Of a DNA stretch of 64,000 nucleotides, positions 49,671 to 58,250 are shown piece after piece; position 1 is the stretch's first letter, and every line of letters begins with the position of its first letter. Below the pieces are notes generated by a model that was not told the origin of the DNA, searched no databases, and saw only the letters and a program-made list of their open reading frames with translations. Made by a program: the position numbers and the translations under genes. This stretch comes from an uncultured Rickettsiales bacterium (GTDB taxonomy: Bacteria; Pseudomonadota; Alphaproteobacteria; Rickettsiales; SXRF01). The stretch is taken from the NCBI GenBank assembly GCA_964469525.1, contig CAYXYU010000002.1:26687-90686 (forward strand). The letters are read 5' to 3'.

Positions 49671-49928
49671 ATGGCTGGAATTATTTACGGACTCTGTGCG
49701 CTGACGGCCCTGCTATGCTCCTGGCAGCTGTTGCAGGCTTATGCTGCCACGCGCTACCGACTGCTGCTCTGGGGCGGACTCTGTTTCGTCGGCCTTACCT
49801 TCAATGGAATCATTCTGGTATTCGACAAGCTGTACGTGCCCGTCATGGATCTGTCGCTCTGGCGCATGACAAGCGCGATGCTTTCGTTATCGATACTTCT
49901 CTACGGGCTTATCTGGGACATGGAGTAA
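49671..49928 (+). CDS. Small 3-TM membrane protein (DUF5985-like, from memory)
   Basis: It starts 2 nt after the previous stop. 85 aa with three hydrophobic helices (IIYGLCALTALLCSWQLL..., LLLWGGLCFVGLTFNGIILVF, SAMLSLSILLYGLIW). Confidence 0.6.
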   Translation: MAGIIYGLCALTALLCSWQLLQAYAATRYRLLLWGGLCFVGLTFNGIILVFDKLYVPVMDLSLWRMTSAMLSLSILLYGLIWDME

Positions 49929-49933
49929 GCAAC

Positions 49934-50251
49934 ATGGACAATGTGCAATTAATGATGCTGGGTGCCATTATTATGGCCTGCTTCTGCGCAGCCCTCTTCT
50001 TCCTGCGTTTCTGGAAAACCACCCGCGACCGCTTCTTCCTGTTCTTCTCGGCGGCGTTCTTCATCGAAGGCATCAACCGCATACTGCAGGGAATTATGCG
50101 ATCGCGGGACGAGCAGGACCCGATTATCTACTTCATCCGCCTGGTAGCCTTCCTGATCATCCTCTACGCTATCATCGACAAAAACCTCGTCAGAAAAAAC
50201 ACCTTATCCAAAGGCACCGGTACTCCCCCATTGCCGCTACAGGACCGTTAA
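49934..50251 (+). CDS. Small 3-TM membrane protein, paralogue-like partner of the previous gene
   Basis: ATG 49934 with GGAG upstream. It has three helices (LMMLGAIIMACFCAALFFL, FFLFFSAAFFIEGINRIL, IIYFIRLVAFLIILYAII). Confidence 0.6.
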   Translation: MDNVQLMMLGAIIMACFCAALFFLRFWKTTRDRFFLFFSAAFFIEGINRILQGIMRSRDEQDPIIYFIRLVAFLIILYAIIDKNLVRKNTLSKGTGTPPLPLQDR

Positions 50252-50323
50252 GCGTCGCTGTTTATCCGTTTCTTATCTATACCGCTTAGCTCCTTCTTTG
50301 TTTTTGATAAGGGATTTAGTAGC

Positions 50324-50347
50324 CTGCAGCTGCAGCTGCAGCTGCAG
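50324..50347. repeat. (CTGCAG)x4 perfect palindromic hexanucleotide microsatellite
   Basis: Read directly: ctgcagctgcagctgcagctgcag, 53-76 nt upstream of the ChaB-like ATG. Confidence 0.95.
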
Positions 50348-50399
50348 CTTAACCGCGGCGCGCTGCAGGCCGCATTCATTCATAAAACGAGAAACGCGC

Positions 50400-50651
50400 A
50401 TGCCGTATCGAAGCAACCAGGATTTGCCTGGCAGTGTGAAGAGCAACCTGCCGCTGCATGCTCAGGATATCTACCGCGAAGCGTTCAACCATGCCTGGGA
50501 CGAATACCGCGACCCGGACAAGCGCCGCAGAGGAGGATCGCAGGAGGAAACTGCCTATCGTGTGGCATGGGCTGCGGTGAAACAGAAATATAAAAAACGC
50601 GGCGACCGGTGGGTAAGCAAGGAATCAGAGAATAACGGAGGAAAACAATGA
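50400..50651 (+). CDS. ChaB family protein
   Basis: LPGSVKSNLPLHAQDIYREAFNHAWDEY...AYRVAWAAVKQKYKK matches the ChaB pattern. Confidence 0.75.
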   Translation: MPYRSNQDLPGSVKSNLPLHAQDIYREAFNHAWDEYRDPDKRRRGGSQEETAYRVAWAAVKQKYKKRGDRWVSKESENNGGKQ

Positions 50652-51001
50652 CGAGTGCCAGTCACATAGACTCGGTGAATCTGCTGCGGGAGTGCCGCGA
50701 CATTTGTCTGGAGACCTTCTCCTTGCACTGCATGAAGGCCGGCGGGCAGCAGTTGGCTAGAGAGCATATACGCCGTATGGAGTCCTGCGTCGAGTTGTGC
50801 CAGCTTACTGCCAATTTCCTGCTGCGGCACTCGCCGCATACCCAGGATCTCTGTGATCTTACGGCCGAATCCTGCAAGCAGTATGCCGCCAGCTGCAACG
50901 CGATGGACGACGCGCACATGCAGCGCTGCGCACGCGCCTGCGAGGCAGCGGCCAGGGTATGCCTCGAGGAGAGCCACCACCTGCGGGCGGTTGCGGCGTA
51001 G
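50648..51001 (+). CDS. Cys-rich four-helix-bundle protein (DUF326 / copper-binding type)
   Basis: ATGA overlap with the ChaB gene. It has 11 Cys in 117 aa, arranged as CxxxC / Cx7C along predicted helices (CRDIC, CVELC, CDLTAESC, CKQYAASC, CARAC). Confidence 0.7.
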   Translation: MTSASHIDSVNLLRECRDICLETFSLHCMKAGGQQLAREHIRRMESCVELCQLTANFLLRHSPHTQDLCDLTAESCKQYAASCNAMDDAHMQRCARACEAAARVCLEESHHLRAVAA

Positions 51002-51009
51002 GAGGCCAT

Positions 51010-51375
51010 ATGCGGGAACGGGCGGAACAGGCAGGGGATTATATGCGCACGGTGCGCCTGCTGCAGGACTGCCACAATCTTTGCCAGAAGGCTTTTACCG
51101 CCAATACACCGAAGGAAGCGGGGATGAACCTTCCTTACCTGCAGCTGAAGCGGTTGCAGGCCTGCAGTGAAATCTGCGAATCCACCGCGCGGCTGCTTTT
51201 GAAGGATGGTATCCTGGTCGATGAGCTGTGTGAGATCACCGCCAGTATCTGCCGGCAATGCGCCGACTCCTGCGATAAGGTGGGCAGCGGATCCATGCAG
51301 CGGCTGGCCGAGCTATGCCGGGAGACGGCTCATGCCTGTCTGAAAGAAAGCTATCGTATCAAACAGGCAGCGTAG
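51010..51375 (+). CDS. Cys-rich four-helix-bundle protein (DUF326 type), second copy
   Basis: RBS GGAGG is 4 nt upstream of ATG 51010. The Cys periodicity is the same (CHNLC, CSEIC, CEITASIC, CRQCADSC, CRETAHAC). Confidence 0.7.
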   Translation: MRERAEQAGDYMRTVRLLQDCHNLCQKAFTANTPKEAGMNLPYLQLKRLQACSEICESTARLLLKDGILVDELCEITASICRQCADSCDKVGSGSMQRLAELCRETAHACLKESYRIKQAA

Positions 51376-51485
51376 GCTCTGCGGACGCTCACTGCTAGCT
51401 TTGCTGCTAATACGGTTTTCTGCGCACGGTGTTCACGTGTTTCCAGCGCCGCCGGCGGCTCACTTAACGAAAAGGAGTCCTAATC

Positions 51486-51827
51486 ATGCCCCTATTCATC
51501 ATGGTGACGCGCCTGACAGGCGAAGAGATCAACCCCACCTTCCGCCTCAACGAGAAGGAAAGCAAGGTGATGCTGGCGATCAGGGATGCCGGCCTGGAAG
51601 TGGAGTGGGTAGGCAATTACGCCATCATGGGGCCGTATGACTATATCGATATTTTCCATGCTCCCGACGCCGAAACGGCAATGAAAGTCGGCATTATGGT
51701 GCGCGGCATGGGGCATGCGCATACGGAAATTTGGAGCGCCGTCGAATGGAACCGCTTTCGCGAGATGCTGACCGAGCTGCCGGTGTATCCACCCCTGCTG
51801 GGCCGCGGCAGCCATGCCGCAGCGTAG
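51486..51827 (+). CDS. GYD domain protein
   Basis: The beginning MPLFIMVTRLT... and the block GNYAIMGPYDYIDIFHAPDAETAMK are typical of the GYD family. Confidence 0.7.
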   Translation: MPLFIMVTRLTGEEINPTFRLNEKESKVMLAIRDAGLEVEWVGNYAIMGPYDYIDIFHAPDAETAMKVGIMVRGMGHAHTEIWSAVEWNRFREMLTELPVYPPLLGRGSHAAA

Positions 51828-51831
51828 TTGT

Positions 51832-52371
51832 CTAGAGTATTCCCTCTAAGCGGCCGGCCAGCTCCCGACCACTATAGACGGTCATTTCCTTTGGGAGCTC
51901 TGCCACCACGCGACTCAGCACGCGCTGGTCCAGCTGCTTCTTAAGCTCACCCAGCAGCTTGGGCGGAGCGATCAGCACCAGCCGGTCGAACGACTTGCGC
52001 TGCTCGGCAGCCAGCAGCTTGTCGGCAAGCGTTCCCATGAAACGCAGCTTCAGATCCTCACGGATGTCGACATGCGGCTCGGCGGCGTGGCGCATTGGAA
52101 CCGCGCTTTCGAATATGCGCCCTCGCGTGTCATTGCTGAATTCATATTCCGACGGTGATTCCGCCTCCCATGCCATGCCCGGCACCGCTGCCAGGTCTTT
52201 TTCCACCCGTTCCTCATAGTGCTGGTGCTTCATGGGGATCCTGACCTTGACGCGCTTGCGGACATAGGTGCGGGCGCGGGTGCCGTCTGCCACCAGAAAC
52301 CAGGTGATCGGGTTACGCCGCAGCCGCTTGGTTTCTCCACGCGGAGGAATGGTCGCCATATTCCTGCCCAT
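51832..52371 (-). CDS. Host attachment protein family
   Basis: RBS AGGAGA is 7 nt upstream. The blocks WFLVADGTRARTY and LVLIAPPKLLGELK are typical of this family. Confidence 0.7.
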   Translation of the reverse strand: MGRNMATIPPRGETKRLRRNPITWFLVADGTRARTYVRKRVKVRIPMKHQHYEERVEKDLAAVPGMAWEAESPSEYEFSNDTRGRIFESAVPMRHAAEPHVDIREDLKLRFMGTLADKLLAAEQRKSFDRLVLIAPPKLLGELKKQLDQRVLSRVVAELPKEMTVYSGRELAGRLEGIL

Positions 52372-52495
52372 AGATCATTCTCCTGTTTTGTTTTATACCA
52401 TCAATATGCCAGCACCCGTCATTATGATTCCATGCTGCATCCATGAACGCTTATAAAAAAACAACTAAAAAGACAGTAAGCGAGTGTATCGAAGG

Positions 52496-54766
52496 CTAAT
52501 CCAGTATGGCCTCGATTTTCTCCAGCGCTTCCTTTTCCTGCACCAGCGTCATGAAGGCCTTACGTTCGGCCTGCAGCACCATTGTTTCGGAAAACGTATC
52601 CCAGCCGGCACGCGGAGGCTCCTGCCGCAGCATCTGCTGCTGCGCCTTGACGGCAGCGCGGCCACTTAAGACTTCGGCCAACTGCTCCAGCACGCGATGG
52701 CGGTGCTGGGTCATGCCCGGCTGCTCACGCTCGGTCAGCGCCATTACCTCTTCCTTCAGGCAGCGGGAAAGCGTTTCTACCGGCGCTTCGATGGTGCGCT
52801 CCGTACCCGGCGTATAATTGCGGCCGATATTCAGGCACAGCGCTTTGGCGTCCGGCAGCAGGCGCTCGCGGTTGGCGGTGGTTTGCGACGGCTCGCGCAG
52901 GAAGCCCTGGGTAAAGGCATCGTCCGCGTCAAGGCTTTTGCGCGCCCTGGCAATGCGGCGGAAGGATTCGCGCAGATGTTTGCTAATCGCCTCGGTATCG
53001 CCGCTGCCCTGTTCGATCGCCCGCAGCAGGTGTTCTTTCGTGCCGCCCCAGGCGGGGATGACCCCGATATCGGTTTCCACAAGCCCTATCCGGGTGGACG
53101 TATGGGCCTGTATTGCCGCGCAATGGAGGACCAACTCGCAACCGCCGCCCAGCGTGTAGCCGGAAATCGCTCCCACTACTGGCATTTTCGCCTGCCGGAT
53201 GCGCAACATGCAATCCTGGCCCTGTTTCAGCAGCGCTTCTATTCTGCTCCACTGGCGTGCCCTAGCATACATGATGATTTGGCTTAGATCCACCCCGGCG
53301 GAGAAATGCCTGCCGTCGTGGCCGATGATCAGCCCGTTGAAATCGGACTCAGCTAATTCGACCGCCTGGACCAGCAGCGCCAGCGCCTCTTCATCGATGA
53401 CATGCATCTTCCCCTTGATCGGAGCAAAGCAGGCGATGCCGTCCCCGATATCGTGCAGTTCGGCCGAAGTATTCTGAAGCAGGGGCTTCTTCCCCGCCGT
53501 AACAAGCGCCAGCGTCCATTTCTTTTTTCCCGGACGCTGCGGCAGGTAGCGGCCGGAGAACCCGAGATGCTCCCTGCCGCCGCCCGGCTTCGTCCGGTAA
53601 AAACCCTGCACTTCCGCCTGCTTGAGCAGAACGGGCACATGCATATCCTGCTTTCGCATATGCTCGATCAGCCAGGAGACACCTAGCCGGTCCATCATTT
53701 CGAACGGGCCGTATTCCCAGCCGTAACCGTCGCGCATGGCGGCATCCACATCGAGGATATGGTCGGCGACCGACGGCGCGACGGCGGCGGCATACTCCAG
53801 CGTGCGCGTCAGAGTGCGGCGGGCGAAGCGGCTCTCGGCGGTATTCTCCGCCAGGAAGCCGTGCCAGTGCCTGATATCCAGCTCCGGCGTCTCGGATTTC
53901 TTATCGTAGAATTTTTTCCTGCCTTCCTGCAGCCGTTCCTCAATCAGCTTCAACCCGGCCGTAAGCTGACAGAATGCATCGTCCGGTGGCAACAGGCGCC
54001 GCATGGAGCGGGCAATCTCCGGGATCAGCGTGAGTCCGATCAGGTCAGCCAACCCGAATACTCCGGTCTTGGGAAAACCGAACGCGCCGTTCATCACTGC
54101 GTCCGCCATAGCCATTTCTACGTTTTCCTTCCGGGATTCTTCCATAGCGCAAAGCAGCCAGAAAAAACCAATGCGGTTGGCGATGAATCCCGGCGAATCG
54201 CTGGCCGGAATGACGTTGCGGCCCAGCTTTTCATCGGCGAAACGGGTGAGAGCTGCCAGCGCTTCGGGGGCGTTATCCTGGTCCGTCACCAGTTCCATCA
54301 GCGGCATTTTCGCCGGTGGGTTGAAGAAGTGGGTGATGCAGAGCCGTCTCTGCAGATGGGCAGGCAGGCCGCGCCGCAGAGTACGGAGGGGAATGGTGGA
54401 GGTGTTGGAAGATAACAGCGCCTGCCTACCGAGATACTGTCCCGCCTTGGCATACGTTTCCCGCTTGGTATCTTCTCTTTCTGGCACGCATTCGATCACC
54501 CAGTCCATGTCTGCCAGTTTGTCGAGGTCATCTTCGACGTTACCGGGCTGAATCAGCGCCGCTTTCTCTTCACTGGTAATCGTGTTGCTCTCGCGCAGCT
54601 GCCGTAGCGCTTCCTTGGCCAGCTTGTCGCGGTCATTCGCCCCCTTTGGGACGATGTCCAGCAACAGCACCGGCGTATTGCTGCCTGCAATCATGGCGGC
54701 GATCTGACGCCCCATCGTGCCAGCGCCGATCACGGCGGTGCGTCTGATGGCATGGCTCACAGCCAT
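52496..54766 (-). CDS. 3-hydroxyacyl-CoA dehydrogenase / enoyl-CoA hydratase fusion (dehydrogenase-first, FadB' type)
   Basis: The N-terminus is the NAD-binding AVIGAGTMGRQIA. The C-terminus has a crotonase fold (HFSAGVDL, GYTLGGGCEL). Length is 756 aa. Confidence 0.85.
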   Translation of the reverse strand: MAVSHAIRRTAVIGAGTMGRQIAAMIAGSNTPVLLLDIVPKGANDRDKLAKEALRQLRESNTITSEEKAALIQPGNVEDDLDKLADMDWVIECVPEREDTKRETYAKAGQYLGRQALLSSNTSTIPLRTLRRGLPAHLQRRLCITHFFNPPAKMPLMELVTDQDNAPEALAALTRFADEKLGRNVIPASDSPGFIANRIGFFWLLCAMEESRKENVEMAMADAVMNGAFGFPKTGVFGLADLIGLTLIPEIARSMRRLLPPDDAFCQLTAGLKLIEERLQEGRKKFYDKKSETPELDIRHWHGFLAENTAESRFARRTLTRTLEYAAAVAPSVADHILDVDAAMRDGYGWEYGPFEMMDRLGVSWLIEHMRKQDMHVPVLLKQAEVQGFYRTKPGGGREHLGFSGRYLPQRPGKKKWTLALVTAGKKPLLQNTSAELHDIGDGIACFAPIKGKMHVIDEEALALLVQAVELAESDFNGLIIGHDGRHFSAGVDLSQIIMYARARQWSRIEALLKQGQDCMLRIRQAKMPVVGAISGYTLGGGCELVLHCAAIQAHTSTRIGLVETDIGVIPAWGGTKEHLLRAIEQGSGDTEAISKHLRESFRRIARARKSLDADDAFTQGFLREPSQTTANRERLLPDAKALCLNIGRNYTPGTERTIEAPVETLSRCLKEEVMALTEREQPGMTQHRHRVLEQLAEVLSGRAAVKAQQQMLRQEPPRAGWDTFSETMVLQAERKAFMTLVQEKEALEKIEAILD

Positions 54767-54847
54767 TGGAATTCCTCATTTTTTGAGAATGGATCACGCG
54801 ACCGGCTTATCGGCACAGCAGAACAGGCATTTGCTCGCGGACGGTAA

Positions 54848-55042
54848 CTACTTGCTCTTTTCTGGAATATGTTCGGGCGTTTCCTCGCGGCCCGGCACTT
54901 CCACCGGCGGAACGGTTTCGTCCTGCTTCGGGTCATCATCGCCCTGCTGAGTTTCCGGGGGATTCTCCACGCCCCGGTATTCTTCGGGCTGATGCAGAGT
55001 CCGGGGACTCTGATTGGTGTCAGTATTGACGTCGCCGATCAT
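54848..55042 (-). CDS. Small acidic Pro/Glu-rich hypothetical protein
   Basis: 64-aa ORF with a strong RBS (AAGGAGAG) that overlaps the stop of the upstream lipoprotein gene. Confidence 0.5.
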   Translation of the reverse strand: MIGDVNTDTNQSPRTLHQPEEYRGVENPPETQQGDDDPKQDETVPPVEVPGREETPEHIPEKSK

Positions 55043-55054
55043 GTTCCCTCTCCT

Positions 55055-55564
55055 TTAGCTCATGAGCTGCCAAGTGCCGTCCGGTAGGCGGCAGGCGGTG
55101 CCATGCCCGGAGTGCGCCCGGCCATCAATGTAGATGGTCTGGTTGTATTCGCGGCAGGGCTGGCCCTGCACATTCGTATAATGGCGGTAGGGGTTGATCG
55201 TGCCGTAGTTCCCGCTATAAGGACCGCGCCAGGATTCCTGGTATCCGGATTCCAGAGCGCGCTGCGAGGCAATTTCATGGGCGCTGTAATCAGCGCGATC
55301 GAGCGAGGAGCCAACCTCCCGGCCGAGCATGCCGCCCAGCAATGTCCCGCCGACGGTTGCCAGCGCCTTACCCGCCCCACCGCCAAACTGATAGCCGATG
55401 ACACCGCCTCCGATAGCTCCGGCGGCCGTACCGATGTCAGCCTTACTAAGGCCTCCGCCCTGCGTGAAGCCGCGGGAAGAGTAACTATCGGGCTGCTGCT
55501 GAGCGCAGCCAACCAGCAGGGAAGTAGCAAGAACCGGGAAGAGGATAAATTTGGAATGGAACAT
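55055..55564 (-). CDS. Glycine-zipper surface lipoprotein (17-kDa surface antigen-like)
   Basis: It has the lipobox LLVGCAQ and the glycine zipper GTAAGAIGGGVIGYQFGGGAGKALATVGGTLLGGMLG. The C-terminal block is Q.CREY...I.IDG....G.ACR..DG.W. Confidence 0.7.
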   Translation of the reverse strand: MFHSKFILFPVLATSLLVGCAQQQPDSYSSRGFTQGGGLSKADIGTAAGAIGGGVIGYQFGGGAGKALATVGGTLLGGMLGREVGSSLDRADYSAHEIASQRALESGYQESWRGPYSGNYGTINPYRHYTNVQGQPCREYNQTIYIDGRAHSGHGTACRLPDGTWQLMS

Positions 55565-55779
55565 ACCGAAGCTCCTTCAGGCATGGGTGAAACACCCCTT
55601 TATTAATGCAGGGAATGTATCAAGAAACGAGAGGAGAGGAGGCAACATCACATTAAAAGAGTGTAAGTTACACGCCCTTTCTGCGAATTCCTTATGGAAA
55701 AAGGAAAGGTTGCGTATGGTTTTTTGATGCCACCGGCCATTAGACTGAACCTCTAACTGATAACGGAAAGGGCTCATTT

Positions 55780-56277
55780 ATGACAACGGTTGCAGGTATT
55801 TTTGATAGTGACATGACCGCCAGCCGCGCGGTTTCCTCCTTGCTCGATGAAGGCTTTACCACGGATGACATCAGCCTCATCATGTCGCGCAATACGCGCG
55901 AGGACTATTTTCCCGCGACAGGGAAAGAAGATGATCGTGCTGCCAAAGGCGGCATTGTCGGTGCCGTCACGGGCGGAGCGCTGGGAGCACTGATTGCCGG
56001 CCTGGCGGCGGTTGGAACTATTGCCTTTCCGGCCGGCGGCCTTCTGGCGACTGGCCCTGTGGTTGCAGCCCTGGCCGGTGCGGGTGCCGGCGGTGCGGTG
56101 GGAGGATTGAGCGGGGCGCTCATTTCTCTGGGTTTCGCGGCCGATGAGGCGCGGCGCTATGAGGAAGAAGTCAAGCAGGGCAGGGCGGTGGTCATTGTGC
56201 ACGCCGAGGACGACGATGAGGAAGCCGCCGCCAGAAACGCGCTTGCTGTCTCGGGAGCGGCTGTCAGAGCGGCTTAG
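55780..56277 (+). CDS. General stress protein (YflT-like N-terminus plus glycine-zipper membrane segment)
   Basis: The N-terminus is VAGIFDSDMTASRAVSSLLDEGFTTDDISLI. A central Gly/Ala zipper follows, then ARRYEEEVKQGRAVVIVHA. Confidence 0.6.
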   Translation: MTTVAGIFDSDMTASRAVSSLLDEGFTTDDISLIMSRNTREDYFPATGKEDDRAAKGGIVGAVTGGALGALIAGLAAVGTIAFPAGGLLATGPVVAALAGAGAGGAVGGLSGALISLGFAADEARRYEEEVKQGRAVVIVHAEDDDEEAAARNALAVSGAAVRAA

Positions 56278-56376
56278 AGGATTTACCTAGGTTTTATAAC
56301 TTCCCTTTCGGCTTCGCATCGCTTCTTAAGATGAGTATGTCTAGAGTGGGTCTGACGAAAAGGGGGTAATTGAAGC

Positions 56377-56541
56377 ATGGCTAATCAAAGCAATCAGAAC
56401 AATCAGAACAGGCAGAATCAGCGTCAGTCCCAAGGTCAGAACCGGGATTCCGATGAGACTCGCCGTTCGCAGTCGGGCCAATCCGGCCAGTCCCAGCAGG
56501 GGCAGTCGGGTTCGCGCAGCGATCGGGACGAGAATCGCTAA
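56377..56541 (+). CDS. 54-aa Gln/Asn/Ser-rich hydrophilin-like protein (below ORF-track threshold)
   Basis: ATG 56377 is preceded by AAGGGGG 9 nt upstream. The translation is MANQSNQNNQNRQNQRQSQGQNRDSDETRRSQSGQSGQSQQGQSGSRSDRDENR. It lies antisense to the 133-aa track ORF 56341-56742. Confidence 0.4.
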   Translation: MANQSNQNNQNRQNQRQSQGQNRDSDETRRSQSGQSGQSQQGQSGSRSDRDENR

Positions 56542-56674
56542 GCAGTGATTCTGCGTGTGCATAATCGGGGAGTATACCATTTTCCGATTATGCACATTCC
56601 TGCCGCCTGCCGCTCGAGAAAAGGAAAAGTCGCACCGGATATGCGGTAGAGCCGCTGCCGGAGCGATTTCATGA

Positions 56675-56710
56675 GCATGTCCGTGGCTTTCCCGGACATG
56701 CTTTTGTTTA
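56675..56710 (+). terminator. Possible Rho-independent terminator
   Basis: gcatgtccg-tggctttcc-cggacatgc (9-bp stem) is followed by TTTTGTTTA. Confidence 0.4.
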
Positions 56711-56823
56711 TCCAGAAACAATATCTCCATGGCTGCCCGCATATCGAGGTTTGATGCCAGATTTTGTATGAATGGTTAAGACTTGCGTCTTGCGCAGGCG
56801 GACCAATCACGATGGAGAACTGT

Positions 56824-56997
56824 ATGCAACGTATTTATATTCTACATCCGGAGGCTATTCCTTTTGATCCTTCCGTCTTGCAAGTCACCAGGGCAGAAAT
56901 TCTGCAGTACAAGGACGGACACGTGGAAAAAAGATACGAAAAGCAGATCGACGGAACCCTTATCGAAAAGGAGGTGGGGGAGGACAGCACGCACTAA
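56824..56997 (+). CDS. Hypothetical 57-aa protein
   Basis: GGAGA lies 5-8 nt upstream of ATG 56824. There is no recognisable motif. Confidence 0.35.
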   Translation: MQRIYILHPEAIPFDPSVLQVTRAEILQYKDGHVEKRYEKQIDGTLIEKEVGEDSTH

Positions 56998-57029
56998 CGC
57001 CAGTCCCTTCAAGAAGGACGAGATGATTC

Positions 57030-58250
57030 ATGCTGCAATTCAGTCGCCACACTCCTCCCGCAACCCTTGCCGAACTGTGGCGGCACCCGGTGCTCGAGGC
57101 ATTGGAACACATACGTTACGGGAAGCTGACGGTCGCCTTGCCGGAAGGTGGGAAACAGGAATTCACCGGTGACGAGCCGGGACCGCAGGCGCAGTTCATC
57201 CTGTACGACCTGGGCGTGCTGGACGAGGTGCTGGCCCGCGGCGAGATGGGGATGGCGGAAACCTATGTCGAGGAGCGTTGGGGCAGCGATAACCTTCCCG
57301 AGCTGCTGACCCTCGTGCTGATGAATGCGTCTCTATTGGAGCACTTCTTTCACGGCAACCCCTGGCATGCTTGGATGGCGCGCCTGCGTTACCGGTTGCA
57401 GGCCGGTACTTTGTGGCGCAGCCGCCAGAACGTGGTGGCGCATTACGATCTGGGCAACGCATTTTACAGCCTGTGGCTCGATGAGGGCATGACTTATTCC
57501 GGTGCGCTGTTCGAGGGAGATTCCACCCGGACCCTGGAAGAGGCGCAGGCGGCCAAGCATCGCCGCATCCTCATCCGGCTGAATGCGCAGCCAGGCGAGC
57601 ACATACTGGATATCGGTTGCGGATGGGGAGCGTTTGCTGAGGCAGCGGCGAGGCAGGGACTGCGCGTCACCGGCATTACGCTGTCCCAGGAGCAGGCGGA
57701 GTACGCCAAAGAACGACTGCGCCTGGCCGGCCTGGATTCTCTCGCCGGCATTCAAGTAGCTGACTACCGGGATTTGTCCGGCTCGTTCGACCATATCGTC
57801 TCGATTGGCATGTTTGAGCATGTCGGGGAGCGCTACTGGCCGGTTTATTTCAGGCAGGTGAAGGCCATTTTAAGACCACAGGGACGCGCCGTCATTCAGA
57901 CGATCACGCTGAAGGACGAGCTGTTCGAGACCCTGCATGGTCAGGTCGGATTCGTGGAACAAGTCATTTTTCCAGGGGGAATGCTGCCGTCCCGGTCGCG
58001 GTTCCGCGCCGCGGCCGCGCAGGCGGGGCTTGTATGCCACGATTTTTATGTTTTCGGAGCCGATTATGCCCGCACCCTTCAGCACTGGCTAAGCCGGTTC
58101 CACGCGCACCGCGAGGAGATTAAGGCGCTGGGGTACGACGAAACCTTTCTGCGCCTCTGGCGCTTCTATCTTGCCTCATGTTTGGCCGCATTTGCCAGTG
58201 GCAGAACCGACGTCATGCAGGCGGAGCTGCGGTACGCTGGAGGATCTTAG
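57030..58250 (+). CDS. cfa: Cyclopropane-fatty-acyl-phospholipid synthase family methyltransferase
   Basis: It has the SAM motif ILDIGCGWGAFAE, the HYDLGN.FY block and the C-terminal WR.YLA.C...F. Confidence 0.85.
   Translation: MLQFSRHTPPATLAELWRHPVLEALEHIRYGKLTVALPEGGKQEFTGDEPGPQAQFILYDLGVLDEVLARGEMGMAETYVEERWGSDNLPELLTLVLMNASLLEHFFHGNPWHAWMARLRYRLQAGTLWRSRQNVVAHYDLGNAFYSLWLDEGMTYSGALFEGDSTRTLEEAQAAKHRRILIRLNAQPGEHILDIGCGWGAFAEAAARQGLRVTGITLSQEQAEYAKERLRLAGLDSLAGIQVADYRDLSGSFDHIVSIGMFEHVGERYWPVYFRQVKAILRPQGRAVIQTITLKDELFETLHGQVGFVEQVIFPGGMLPSRSRFRAAAAQAGLVCHDFYVFGADYARTLQHWLSRFHAHREEIKALGYDETFLRLWRFYLASCLAAFASGRTDVMQAELRYAGGS

Noticed and set aside
56341-56742. 133-aa minus-strand track ORF.
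   Set aside because: I see no convincing RBS. Its C-terminal half is the antisense reading of the Q/N-rich repeat codons. The plus-strand 54-aa ORF has better start signals, but this remains unresolved and is listed as a finding.
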